DNA of 62,987 nucleotides, counting the filler, from Lenisia limosa (Eukaryota > Protista > Breviatea), in assembly GCA_001655205.1 (NCBI GenBank). It is 11 parts of 11 records of this genome, joined end to end, with 100 filler letters (N's around TTAATTAATTAA, not from the genome) between each part and the next. Parts side by side here need not be neighbours in the genome. Positions count along the whole stretch, not along the records: positions 1 to 20,288 come from LPNZ01008518.1; 10 more parts are not named here. One strand, given 5' to 3'. Made by a program: the position numbers and the translations under genes. Positions 1-13,900 of this stretch are shown piece after piece; positions within the stretch are counted from its first letter, which is position 1, and each line of letters starts with the position of its first letter. The notes under the pieces are model-generated. The model saw nothing but the letters and a program-made list of their open reading frames with translations, had not been told where the DNA came from and searched no databases.

Positions 1-169
1 CCCCGATGGATCCCTCCATGTAGAGAGGGGTTCAACGCAGTAAAGCAGTACTACTCTTCTTGTGAAAACAATATTTTTGATATACTATTATATTTTGTGT
101 GCTTTATTGAATTATATTTGATAATGTAAATAATACAACTGATGGAATTATATTTGGCAAACAACCCAC

Positions 170-2130
170 CCGTCGGCTTGTCACCCTCCTCGTCGTCACT
201 CTATAACATGAGTCATATGGCAGGGCTTCTATGAGAAAAACAATCATGATTTCAATGATTTGCACACGTGACTAGACAAGCTTCTCAAAACCAAGCTCAC
301 CAGTTCGCCATCAGATTCGAGAGGTCGTTGCTGCTCCCTCAGGTCCTAAACATCTTAAGATGGGTGGGGGGGATAAAAGTACCATGGTTAGCAATGATAA
401 TGAAGGTAGATATTTGAAACTTGAAACATTATCATGCCGAAGTCGGCCATGATGGTATAATATTAATCTATAATCGATTCTGAAAGGTAGTAGGCAAACC
501 TTAATTTCGTTTTCAATGCTAATCAAGTGNNNNNNNNNNNNNNNNNNNNNNNNNNNNNNNNNNNNNNNNNNNNNNNNNNNNNNNNNNNNNNNNNNNNNNN
601 NNNNNNNNNNNNNNNNNNNNNNNNNNNNNNNNNNNNNNNNNNNNNNNNNNNNNNNNNNNCAGATAAAAAAAACATAGTGCTTATTCCCCCCTACGGCGCC
701 AAGTCTGCAGACTCCTCTTTAGAAGCCAAGTTAATGAGACTCTGAGCCGTGAGTAGTGAATAGTAAAAGGTAATCAATAGTGAGTAGTGAGTAGTGAAGA
801 GTAAAGGGAATGGCCTGAGACAATAGTGAGTAGTGAAGAGTAAAGGGAATGGTCTGATACAATAGTGAGTAGTGAAGAGTAAAGAGAATGGTCTGATACA
901 ATAGTGAGTAGTGAAGAGTAAAGAGAATGGTCTGATACAATAGTGAGTTGTGAATAGCAAAAATGGAATTGTTTGAGATATCAATAGACTGCCAAAAGAA
1001 GGTCTTTTTCACAAAAGATGTCATAATAGAAAGAAGGTGGTGCTTCTCTAGACTAATACCCCCCCCCCCCCNNNNNNNNNNNNNNNNNNNNNNNNNNNNN
1101 NNNNNNNNNNNNNNNNNNNNNNNNNNNNNNNNNNNNNNNNNNNNNNNNNNNNNNNNNNNNNNNNNNNNNNNNNNNNNNGGGTGCCCGGGGGTGCCCGGGG
1201 CCACAGCTGATGTTTTGATGAGAGCAGGCGCGGGGCGTGCTCGTGAGAAGAACAGATCATCACAGACCAGCTACTGAGTGAATAGTGCCCGGATAGTATA
1301 GAAAAAAGGTCTACAACTGGATAATGATTCCTCCAATATTATCTTTAAATGTTCAGGTAATTTTTCGCCTTATCAGCGAATTACTACAAAGAGGACCAAA
1401 TCAGCCTACCATAAGACAGGCATAGAACGTTTCAATGAAAGAGTCATTACTATCGTTGGCCATTGATCGGTTCTGCGAGGTGAGAAGAGAGCAGCCAGGT
1501 ATTGGCACAACTACATTAATCCACGAGTGCTCACCAAAACACTCAATTGTGATGAAAATAACCCCCCCACCTTGACATGAGCCAGGGCATGCGTAATGAT
1601 GAGGACAAATTCACCCGGTCGTTGTGCCCGTGAGTGGTGGATCCAGAGCTCTTGGGTGGCCGGAATGTACTGCATGCTTGCCTAAAAATGTGAGACGGTA
1701 ATGTGACTGGTTTTGAGCATTAATTGATATTCCAAAGGTTGGGACTGTCTGAACAATACAGAGGAAAGTTAAGCAGACCTTAAATGCATTTCCTTGGGGT
1801 TTTGTAGCGGGTAGCTCTTCAGCCAGGTAGATAGACACAGGCTACAAAGGTCAGTACGAGAGTCGGGCAAAAAAGGATATAATCGGAACAAAGCCATCCA
1901 TAAACGTCACGCTAATAGGGAAAATCCAAACAAACATTTGCATAACATACACTCAATATAAATATAGATTCTTATCAGTGAATTCCGAAAGAATGCCAAG
2001 CCAGATAGGAAACACCCCAGCCACTTGGATGTTGAGATGGACTGTCAGAAGGTCAGCAACAAACTGTCCAAACTGTTGAACAACAAAGATGTTTGGAGGG
2101 ACCACAGAGAGGGGGACTGCTTGTGGGGGA
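170..2130 (-). CDS. Further minus-strand exons, probably the C-terminal end of the giant gene (or a separate hypothetical gene)
   Basis: Exon-like segments with AG/GT borders: VPLSVVPPNIFVVQQFGQFVADLL (about 2030-2120), ASMQYIPATQELWIHHSRAQRP (1615-1680), LVCDDLFFSRARPAPALIK (1180-1270), DLREQQRPLESDGEL (300-345). N gaps prevent phase checking. Confidence 0.4.
783..957. repeat. 39-bp minisatellite, about 4.5 copies
   Basis: Unit aatagtgagtagtgaagagtaaag(g/a)gaatggtctgatac starting at 822, 861 and 900, with partial copies flanking; no spacers. Confidence 0.9.
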
Positions 2131-2506
2131 TTGGTCCTTCCCGCCTTCATTTCGATTCGCCTATCGCCAGCGTCCTAAAGCTGTCACCTCGTCTGCTTTT
2201 CAAAAAGGAATATCAAGAAATGAGCAAAAAAAAAAAGAAGTATCTGTCCGAAGTTGTTACCACCAAAACGTTTTTAAGAGACTTTGTACACACATATGAT
2301 TCACTAATTCACCCCAATTTGCAGCGAATCAGAAAGAAATCCGCAAATCGAGATGTTTGAGAAAAACCTTCCAACAACACAAACATTCTGTGTGATTCCT
2401 TGTCACCCCCCCCCCCCCCNNNNNNNNNNNNNNNNNNNNNNNNNNNNNNNNNNNNNNNNNNNNNNNNNNNNNNNNNNNNNNNNNNNNNNNNNNNNNNNNN
2501 NNNNNN

Positions 2507-5500
2507 AGGGCTGCGGCCGGAATCATCGTGGTGCCGGATACAAGGTCTTCCAGTCGGCTGGATAGAAGTTCAACCTGGGGGTGGGGGGTGAATATAAGAA
2601 TCTACAAATAAATTCTATTAAAATAGGTATAATAATGGGCTTTTGAGAACACTTAGCAAAAAGACAACTGACTAGTATTGAACAATTATCCTTTTACCCA
2701 AGACTTCTCCAGTCACTAAAAAAAATACATATTATTTACATATTGCATAATGTATGACCTTCAATTCGTTGTGTTTTGAGCAACCAGACCTTTTCAGCCA
2801 GAGGTGAAGACATCAGAAGGTCAAGCCACTCGTCAGGTGAGCGTCCCTACCAAGGTTAGATAAATGGTTGGGGTTAGACAAATGGGACAACAGTTGTCCC
2901 ATATTCACCCGATATGATTCAATGACTTTTCGGTAAATTATCACAAGAATTAATAAAATAACCATATCTGATATTGGGTAGATAATGATAGTGCAAGCGT
3001 GAGAAACAATAAAAGGTAGATTGGAATGGGATAAAATAGGTATTCAAACAAATATTTATGGACATAACAGACGAAGAACTTTTAACGTTTCTTCGAAATC
3101 ATGGAAATAAAAACTGTAGAAAAAGGATAAAACTCAGAAAATGACCCGACCCTACCTCGAAAGACATGCCGTAGTGACCATGTATGCTGTCTTGGGCCTT
3201 TTTATGTGTTTCAGCACGGGCTCTTTCGACTGCCAATGCAACATCCCTAATAATGTAAGCCATGGACTAGTTTGAGCACAGTACAAAGATTAGGAAGGAA
3301 TTGAAGCAAAAAACAAATCAGGAGATCTTATGAAGACAAATAGCGAAACAAAGCAGTTCACCAATTTCATGATGATGTATAATGAAAGGCCAATCAAAAC
3401 AAGATGCAATTGCAAAAACTATACTCAAAATCACGCGGAAAATTGAAAGAAAAAGGGGTGGTGGTACGCAGTACTGTATAAAAGGACCATTTCCACTGAT
3501 ATTTAGGGGTTTTGACATTGTGAACGAAATAAACCTCCAAATTTGTCATCTTTTATAGGGGATTGAGGTAACCCGCCAACTTATCCTGGTCGGCATCAGC
3601 AGAACTTTCGTCAGACTTGCTCTGAACAGTGGCGGCAGCAGCAGCGGTTCTCTTCTCCTCTAAGGCCTTCTCCTCGAGTTTTGCCGTGTCAAGTTCAACG
3701 TTACGGGCCTAGGGCGTCATGCTTACATGAAAGTAGAAATAAGAAAAATAATAAAGGTTGTATCTGTCTGCTGATAAGGGATATTGAAATATGATCCCCC
3801 TTTCTAGTTGCTGCATGAACACCAGCCCCACCTCGATTTCAGCCTTTGCCTTTTCCTCAGTCAACTTAAGAGCGAGTTGTTGCTCAGCCTCCTTCTTCTT
3901 CTTCAGCCTCTTCGCTTCCCTCTTCTTTGCAAGCTTCTCCTTCATCATCAGGGCTTGTCGAGTCCTTTCATCGCCTGAAAATTTAACAAGAAATGGAAGA
4001 GCAGCTTAATAATCAAAGTATTTCGGGTTCTGTCCACATCGGTTTTAAATCATTTGCCTGCAAACGATTTATCTCCCCTTACACCCCGGCAATAATTACC
4101 CCGCCCAGTTATTTCCCCCCCATACCCAGAGTTTTGTTCATCAGGGCGAGATCGGCCTCGTGTTGTGCTAAAATCGCCTTTTTCTCTTCCTCGCTGACCT
4201 TGCAGGGTGAATAGGATTTCAGAAAAAGAGTTAACTGGCAATATGATATCCCAAAACCCCCAATATGATCCTACCTGTCCAAGCTTATCGACCTCCTCCT
4301 CTTGCCTCTTCTTCTTCTCTTCCATTAGAGCTTCCTGGCGCTTTTTGAGCTTATCCAAGGCCTTTGCTGCTCTTTCCTCTTCCTTCATTCTGTCGTCTTC
4401 AAGCTAGGCGGGTAAAATAAGGCTTTACATCGTTTCAGTTTGAAACATCGTTATTCATCGGGAGTTACCTAGTTACAAAAAAAAAGCTATCATCGTCCAA
4501 CACCCACTTTTGCTTCGAAAGCCTTGACCTCTTTCTCTACTGCCTCCCTCTGCAGTCTTTCTGCCTCCTCTCGTTGTTGCTGGACCTAAACAGGTGATTA
4601 TTTGAAAAGAAGACAATAACAGCATGCCAATTCTCCGGACATAGAATGATCATTAATACAGCTTCCCTCAGATAAAAGGCAAAAAAAAACGAAATCCTTG
4701 ATAAGCATCGATTTAAACCAGTCTTTTTAGAATCTTACGAAGCCCAAGCCATCACAGATGCATACCAGTCGTAAACGCTCAGTCTTTTCCTCTTCCAGCT
4801 GCTTCTTAAGCTCCTGTAGCTCTGCGTCAGCCTAGAGGTGTAAAACACAACTAAAACTAAGTTGAATCAAGAGGTCAAATGGAAAATATGTATAATTTTC
4901 AGTATGCACAATTAAAGTACATTTAGCCGAAGAAATAGAACAATGCAAAGAATGCTACCTTTCTGCTTTCTTCCATCTGCATCTGCATCAGGTCGTCTTC
5001 TGGCAAGTGGTCGCTGATGGCTTGTTGGAACTCATGGTATTGCGTTTCCTGAGGGGGGGGGGGNNNNNNNNNNNNNNNNNNNNNNNNNNNNNNNNNNNNN
5101 NNNNNNNNNNNNNNNNNNNNNNNNNNNNNNNNNNNNNNNNNNNNNNNNNNNNNNNNNNNNNNNNNNNNNNNNNNNNNNNNNNNNNNNNNNNNNNNNNNNN
5201 NNNNNNNNNNNNNNNNNNNNNNNNNNNNNNNNNNNNNNNNNNNNNNNNNNNNNNNNNNNNNNNNNNNNNNNAGAATGGTCCTACCTTCAACGCTGCTCTT
5301 TCCTTCGCGTGCCTGACTTCAAGAGTGGATTCAGCAGATACCTCAGCAGACTGAAATTATTAGAACAGTGAAAGTAGGAGTAGAGAAAGCAAATCAATCA
5401 CCCCTGAAACTTCACATCTGTTCACAAACACACAAAACCAACAATATTTCACAACTCTCAATCTTTCCTTTCATCCACCACCTTTGCTTCCGACAAATGG

Positions 5501-7866
5501 ACCTTTTCGAGTTCCGACAGAGCAACCTGGTGTTCGGATAACATCGCACTTTGCAAGGTTTCAAAGTTGGCCTCAGCTGAAGACTCGGTGACGAGGTTAG
5601 TGAGTTCAAGTGCGTGTTGCGCCAAGAGTTGGCGTCGCTGCGTTGTTTGGCGCTCAGTTTGCGAAGAGGCGGCGGTCCGCACCTGTTTTAGCAGTTATAT
5701 GGGGGAATTTATTTTCACGTAATGTGGATTTCAGCAATACATGATTATAATGAGCAAAAAAAACCTTATTAGTTACTCATCCTTTAAAACTAACAAAAGT
5801 ATTCGTTTTATCTACATTCAAAAGCCCAAAGAGTGAACCGCACCGTTTGAGTGCGTTCTGATTGATGGCGAAGCTGCAACTGGTGTAGTTCTCGGCGGNN
5901 NNNNNNNNNNNNNNNNNNNNNNNNNNNNNNNNNNNNNNNNNNNNNNNNNNNNNNNNNNNNNNNNNNNNNNNNNNNNNNNNNNNNNNNNNNNNNNNNNNNN
6001 NNNNNNNNNNNNNNNACATAAGCGAATGCCGCTTTGTATACCAAGAAGAAAAGAGGACATCCCTTCGCCGACCTTCTCTGCAGAGTGAGTTGGATTGTCA
6101 GTGAAGCCTGGTCGCGACTCATAGTCTCGGCTGCCTCAGCAAGGGCCTTGTCCTCGGCCTCTTTCAAGGCTCGTGCGCGGAGCTGCAACTGTCATCCACT
6201 CGCTCNNNNNNNNNNNNNNNNNNNNNNNNNNNNNNNNNNNNNNNNNNNNNNNNNNNNNNNNNNNNNNNNNNNNNNNNNNNNNNNNNNNNNNNNNNNNNNN
6301 NNNNNNNNNNNNNNNNNNNNNNNNNNNNNNNNNNNNNNNNNNNNNNNNNNNNNNNNNNNNNNNNNNNNNNNNNNNNNNNNNNNNNNNNNNNNNNNNNNNN
6401 NNNNNNNNNNNNNNNNNNNNNNNNNNNTTTGCTTCAATCTAGAAAGAGTAAAAACGAAAATCTATGCAACTTGTTTCTTTTCTTGTATAAAGGCGATATA
6501 AAAAAATTATTATACAATATGATCATGAAAACAACATCTGATATATATATAAATATGGAAAATCTACAGGACTTGTCAAGCCAGCCAACTTTGTGCTTGA
6601 GACTTTGCTGCTGCTTCAGCTTCTCAGCCGCCATTGTGCGTTCCATTTCCTGGGAGGGGGATAAATGGAAACAATCTCAACTATATGACCTAATAACAAC
6701 TCCATAGGTGGGGGTAAACGAGAATATAAGGCCTGGGTGTGCCGTGACAGTAACCGACAAGTATGGTAAAAGTTCATCATTACATTAAAAAAAAAAAAAA
6801 ACACCCCAATTTAACGCTCGTATCAGCCACATACCTGNNNNNNNNNNNNNNNNNNNNNNNNNNNNNNNNNNNNNNNNNNNNNNNNNNNNNNNNNNNNNNN
6901 NNNNNNNNATCTGTCCCTCTCCGCCGCCGTGAGGTCGGTTCTGGAGTTGAGCTCGGCTTGAAGTCTCGACGCCTTCGCGGCCGCATCCTTTTCCCTCTTG
7001 ATCGCAAGGGCTTCCTGAGCCTCCGCCTCCGCAATTCTCATTTCCTCTTCAGCCTCGCGCGCCAAGTCTGCTGCCTGAAGGGGTGATCTTTGATCTAATA
7101 TACTGAGGGTTGCCACCGCCGTAATAAGAAGAGTAATTTCTGGCAAAAGGCATCCTCATTATTGCAGATAACTTTTGATTTTACAATGTAGATGAGGGTC
7201 AGGTTCATTTTTTGGGAGACAAAGAGTTCTGCATAGTATATCAAAGAAGCTTATGATAATAAAGTGTGCTTCAGATTGTATCCATTAATAAAGCCAGGGC
7301 TTCCTTTCGGTTCCAAAGAAGACCAAATTTCTCAACAAAGGATTGACAAACAAGGTTTTAGGACAGCTGGAAAGCCCTAAATAGAGTAATGGGCTCACCT
7401 CTTCCTCCTGCTTCTTCTCGAGGTCAGCCATATTGCGAGCGTGGCTGGCTCTAAACGACTGTTCCTCAGCCGTAAGATCCACAGCATCTTCATCCTCAAC
7501 AAGAGTTTGATCTATGTGATCAGCGAAGACAAAATACGACACTCTATTTGTAAACTTTAGAGAGGGGAGGGGGGAAACGGGATAATTTTGGAACAACCCC
7601 CCCCCCCCNNNNNNNNNNNNNNNNNNNNNNNNNNNNNNNNNNNNNNNNNNNNNNNNNNNNNNNNNNNNNNNNNNNNNNNNNNNNNNNNNNNNNNNNNNNN
7701 NNNNNNNNNNNNNNNNNNNNATCATCCGGCTCGGCTTCCGACGAGGGTTCCGCCGCCGAGGCCTCCTGAGCCATCCTCTTCTCTTCCTCTTGCTTTTGAA
7801 GCACAGCCTGGGGAGGGGGATCAGCATTGTTGAAACAAAACGGGTCCATTGACTCAACAGTATGGT

Positions 7867-7900
<34 letters not shown>

Positions 7901-10900
7901 TTATGGGGGGGGGGGTCAGAGAAGTGAGATGTGTCAATAAAAACTAAACAGAGCTTTTGAACTCGCAAGATAACTGATGACTTCTCTCCCTAAAAAAACA
8001 CGGAATTCATTATTTCTCGTTGAAAGTGGACCCCTAGTAGATACAATTGCCCCAAATGAGCAAACTTGCGCCTCAAGCTCCTCATTGTGCTTCTTTTGAA
8101 GGGCAACTCTTTTCCTCTCCTTCTTCGCCTCCAGTCTCTTTCGCATGGCCTCGGCCTGACGTCTCTTCTCAGTTTCTAGACAATGAAAACATTTGATATG
8201 ACTTATCTTTACGTATCATGTATTCTTTTGCAGTAAAGTCTCTGTTGAAACTAGGATAAAAAGTAGTATAATCGAAACAGATACCCAGCTTTTAACAATT
8301 CTTGTTCCCACCACAGAGGCTTTTGGCTCAGACTATTATTTAAATATCTTACACAGTGTTCAATTTTCAATACTCGACGATCAATCCTGAACAGTGACCC
8401 ACCTAGTGAGTCATTAAGGCAGGAAAGGTCGGATTCAAGCTTCTCGATAGCAGCGTTCTTTTGTTCAGTGGTGAGATCCGAAGTATCAGACGTACGCATG
8501 GATTCCAGTTCTTTCTGAAAAGTTTACAGTGACCCAATAGTGATGCCTGATTACTTTTTTTTATATGATATGTTTCTCTTCATGCTCTATTCAGAAATTT
8601 TTTTATGCGGACAAACCTTGATCCTGTCCTCTTCCTTTTTCTTCCTCAAAGCAATAGTCTCGTCAAGATTGGATTGTTCCTGTTCTTCTTCAGCAGCAAC
8701 AGTGACCTTGAAAAGTAAGGGAAGAATAGCCATGGAGATAATAAGGACGGTAATAATCCCAATTTAGTGTGAAGGTTGATTCAAACTTTGTTATCCGAAA
8801 AGGATCAAACCTCAATTGCCTTCATTTCTGCTTCCTGCTTGGATTTCAGAAGCTCTTCCTTGGCCTTGATTTCACCAGCTATCTATGATTGTAAATAGAC
8901 ACCGTAACATATATCATATTAATAAACATATTTTATCAACATGTGAATATGTGATAAGATGTGCACAAAGGCTTCAATTTCGCTTCATTAACTCCATACC
9001 TGTTTGCGCTTGAGTTTGGCGGCCTTTTTGGCGTCAATCTTGCGTCTCATCATCACCTCTTGTTTGTTCCGCTCTTGGCCAAGAATTTCATCGATTTGCT
9101 GAACAGTGACATTATAACCGTATTCAGCTTCATATAATAACGGACTAATCGCCAAAAAAAGACACTTACCTCAATGTCTTGTTGGTGTCGAGCAATGAGC
9201 TGAGCCTTTTCCTCCTCGGTTCCTGCCGAAGACAGACTGGTCACAAACTGTGCCGTTGCCTCCTGGAGTCTCTTAGCTCGATCTTCGGTCATTCGCCGTC
9301 TGAGGGCTTCGATTTCAGCTTCTTCTTCTTCAAGTGCTAGGGGGGGGGGGGNNNNNNNNNNNNNNNNNNNNNNNNNNNNNNNNNNNNNNNNNNNNNNNNN
9401 NNNNNNNNNNNNNNNNNNNNNNNNNNNNNNNNNNAAAAAACACATTATGAAATGCTGTAATAGATTGTATGGGTCTATCGAATCATGGGGCAACATAGGA
9501 TAACATAACCAAGAAAAACACTTTTCTTTGGTGATGAGCTGCTACTTGGAAAAGGGCATCTAATTACCTTCAGTCTGGACCCTGGAAGCTTCCTCCTCAA
9601 CACGCTGCAGGACCTTGGACTCGGCATCAACTCCGACGGAAGTTAACGTTGCCGACGGCTCGGGTTGAGCAGCGGGCTTCTCGCTGTCTCCCGATTTGGC
9701 AACTTGCTCTTCCGGCAGGTTATGAACACCGAGGCTACTCAGCAGCTCATTGGAGTCTTCACTGGCAATACTCTTATGCAGCTCCTTGACGTCGTGTTTT
9801 GAGGCGTTGACAGCGGCGGCAACTCTGGTTAGCCGACGGTCTACTCGAGTATCATGCCGTTCAAGGGCCTTGGAGTTGAGACACTTGCGCTCTCTGCTGA
9901 TTCGCTCTTGGATTTTGGTTTGGTTGTTCTGCCATGTAGCCTCGATTTTATCGACTGCAGCAGCATCGTTGCTGTCCTCACGCTCGAGGCCTGATACCAG
10001 ACTGAAGGGGTGGAGTGAAAATTAACACAAAGCTGGAAGTGAGAGAGGGGGTGGAAGAAACAAAAAAGGGACAGTTGACGGCGTAACTTAAAACTTCGGT
10101 TAGATCATTATAATAACAAAAAGACGATATAATTACATGTATAATACTACTAATTATCAAATATCGATTAAATGGTTACTTGTATGTGACGATGGATGAT
10201 AATAATGATTCCAGGAAGACAATATCAGAGACCCCCCCCCCNNNNNNNNNNNNNNNNNNNNNNNNNNNNNNNNNNNNNNNNNNNNNNNNNNNNNNNNNNN
10301 NNNNNNNNNNNNNNNNNNNNNNNNNNNNNNNGCCAATTTCGCATCAATAGCAAGCGTGTCGATCTCTTGCTCCCTCCGGAGAGAAGACTCCACCATCCTC
10401 AACTGGTCCACAACGGCGGGTTGGAAGCCGTCCTTAGCCTGAGCCTTGGTCATGGCTTCCTCATGCTTCACACGCCGCGCGACTTGCGTCTTAACCNNNN
10501 NNNNNNAGCCGGTCCTGGACTGCTTCGGCCTCGGCGGCGGATTTGGCGACGAGAACAGCCGCCTGGCATCTCAACTGTTTTGTCAGGCTGGAAAGAGGCG
10601 GGGAATGTAGAGATTGATGCATGGAGGACGGGTGACAGACGAAGCTGTGCACCCCCAATCACGTTGACAATACTATTTTATATCATATTAGTTTATAATG
10701 TATGAATACGATTAAATATATTATGTATGTATGTACGTTTTGCATTGTACCTGTATGTAACATATGGGGGGGGGGGGTATACATAAGAACCACNNNNNNN
10801 NNNNNNNNNNNNNNNNNNNNNNNNNNNNNNNNNNNNNNNNNNNNNNNNNNNNNNNNNNNNNNNNNNNNNNNNNNNNNNNNNNNNNNNNNNNNNNNNNNNN

Positions 10901-13900
10901 NNNNNNNNNNNNNNNNNNNNNNNTCCTGTTCAAACTCCTTCTGAACCTTGTCCGTGCTTGCCGCAGTCTTGGCCGCAGCCTTCTCCTCAAGCAATGCTGT
11001 TTCCTTGGCCTCTTCTGCAGCCAGTTCCTTGTTCATTGACTGGCGTTCGGCAACGAAACGGGCTTCAAGCTCGGGGGCCACAGTCGGCTCGGTTGAGATA
11101 CTGCTATGACCACCCAAGCCGGCTTCAGCTAGAGCGTTTCGGGCATCATCTCCACCCCGGTCCGCGAGAACCTGGACCAGTTGTGTGACCACCTCAGGGC
11201 CAAGGGGCGCGTTTTTGTCACCACTTGCGACCTTTTGCAGCCACGCCGCGACTGCTGAAGGAACTTGGTCATCTATGGAAGAGGTGTCCAGGGATTTGCT
11301 CGCAATCTGAGTACTTGAACGCCCAGCAACAAGCTCATTAGCTGTCTCGCGGTTGAGCTTGGCACGGAAGCGGCTCCAGTTCAGTTCCTCAGCACACGTG
11401 ACTAGCTCTTTCTCCTGATTGGCTTCGCCGTCGCGGAACTCACTGACAAGAGCGAGAAGACTTCCGTTGAGTTTGGCTAGAAGAACTTCGCGGGCGCTAT
11501 CCCCATTGGTTCGGATTTCATCTTCAAATGTCTGGACAAGATCCACACCCGCGGCTCTGGTCCGATCGATGAAGCCGAGCCATCTCTGCAGGGCCACAAT
11601 GACCTCCATCTCAAAGGCTGCGTCCATGCCGTCTCCAGAGCTGAGTGCGCGAACCACGTCAACGCCAACTTCCTTAACGGGAAGGGCGTCAGCGCGCCGT
11701 CCTGCCTCGCGCTCACTTCTGCGTTTGATTGCCGTGATGTCGTCATCAGCATTGTCAAACTCTTCAAAAGCCTCTCCGAGACCGCGAACAAGAACTACGT
11801 TCTGAAGGGCATTGGACAAAGTGTTGCCGACTCCTTGCATGGTTCGTTGGAGGTCCAGAAGGGTCCTGTCGAACCGCCTGTCGTGGCTCTGACGTGTCAT
11901 AGTTTCTTCATTGACGAGCTGGACCGCCTTTTCTGGTTCAGCAATGATATTCGGCCGTTCAGCGCCTGACTCGCTAGTTTCCTCCGACTTCCGGTGTTGG
12001 ATGCGGAGATACGCCCTACGACTGTGCTGGAGACTGACCAACGTTTGTCCTGCGGCTTGAGATGCTGCACGATGACGGTCAACACCAGATTGCGCTGACG
12101 CCAAGGTTTCACGCCAAACTTCAGCAAAGTGCTCAACTTCCGCGTTCAAAGCCGACTGGGATGCAATTTGGTCGGAGGTAGATTCGGCCTTTGTAACCGC
12201 CGCAGCCAATTCTCCAAGATGTGCAATGTGTTGTCTTCCTAAAGAGGCGAGTCCATCAGCCACATCATCAATTTGAGTAGCCAAATTCAGGTGTGCAGTC
12301 GCCTCTCGTTCCAAGGCACAAGATTGAACCGACCCATGAACTGGACGGATAGAGAACGTTGCGTCATCAGCCGCAACGCTTCCGATTGTTACAACATCCC
12401 CGGTCAATGAATCAGCCATTGGAGTGAGGTCTGGTAGAATTGGTACGGACTTAGCAGGAGACGACACATCACTCACAAAGCCTCCGAGAGGGATGCAAGT
12501 GCCTGTCGTGGAGTCAAGGCCAACGCCGGATACAATTGTTAGAGACCCGGTCAGCGGGTCCATCATAGGTGCTCCGATCATGATGGCTTCAGGGCTGCCT
12601 GTGAAGATACTGGTCATTGCACCGCCAACTGCGACAAACTGTCTGGATGACGGGTCCACCGTTGTGGCTAGAACCGGGACAGAAATTTGATGCAAATTAT
12701 CGATTATGCTGGTGTCTGAGGTGAGAGGTGTCGCTCCAGGGAGACGAGAGATTCCTGAAGTGTTATTAAAATAAAAAAGCTCCAATAAGAAAAATAGTAT
12801 TGAATTAGAGTTTTTCCAAGTATGAAATATTTTTCGAAAAAAACCCAAATTTCAGCAATACAAACCTGAGGGAGGAGGACACATTGTGATTAGCTTGCCA
12901 AGAGAAGTTGTGTCATTGGTGTCAGTGATGAAGGTAGGCTTACTGCGCACACGGTCAACAGCAACGGAACCTGCCAAATATACTGCTCGACCCGTTTCTG
13001 GGTGAACCACAAGGTCTCCATCCAGGTTGCGCGAGAATGACATGGTAACCGGCTGGGAGGTTGGTCTGTTCCGAGGAGGGCGCACCAAACGCACACCGTC
13101 CTTCAAATTAGCAAGGCCTGCTGGGCCAACAGAGCAGAATTGCGTGCCTTCCAAAGGCTCGCCGCGCCGACTAAAGATCTCATGTCGTGGTACGATGCCA
13201 CCATGACTAGTTATCAGTGCAGCGCCGGAGGCTTTGCCCAATGAATACCATGCGCGACAACGTGTGGCTTCTTCGCGTGCCTTTGCGTGTGCGCTTGAGG
13301 CAAGGCTTTGAAGTTTAGTCATAGACGTTTCAGCTCTGGTCTGCATTGTATGAAGGGCTTCCTTCAAAAGAGCTTCGTCAGTAATGCCCAAAGAAGACAC
13401 GTCGGCAATGCGCTTTGCCTCCTGCTGCATTAGCTCGGCTTGGCGAAGAACGGCCTTAACAGACGAAATAAAAACGGCCCTGAACCGGTCGCGCTTGGCT
13501 GCTTCAAGATCTAAGGCCCGCGTCCATTCAAAGAGAATATCATCGTAACGGCGCGCAAGGCGCTGGCGCTGTACGATCTCACTTCTTGACAGGGTTGTCG
13601 CGGCGACAGCACCCGGGGCGACAGCTTCCATTCGGTCCTCAATGATTCCACGAAGTTCGCCTGTTTTGTCATGGACTCGATCATAAAGATCTCTGATTTC
13701 AGCCTGGGTTTGTGCCAGTTGCTTTTTCATTGACAAAGTCTGGTCATTGAGTTTGTCGTAGACCGTATTGGCCGAGAACGCTTCCAGGTCGATTTGGTGA
13801 GCATCATCAAAGAACTCAGCTGCAGCACCTTCATAGGGAAGCTTCTTTCCAACAGACTGGCTGGTAGAATCAGGTGCCCGCGATACAATAGCTTGCGTTT

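Noticed and set aside
783-957. CRISPR-like array
   Set aside because: Repeats are head-to-tail with no spacers, in a eukaryotic context.
8226-8258. Short repeat ttttgcagtaaagtctc..ttgaaactaggat shared with 39596-39630 as a Helitron end
   Set aside because: Only two short copies and no hairpin; insufficient evidence.
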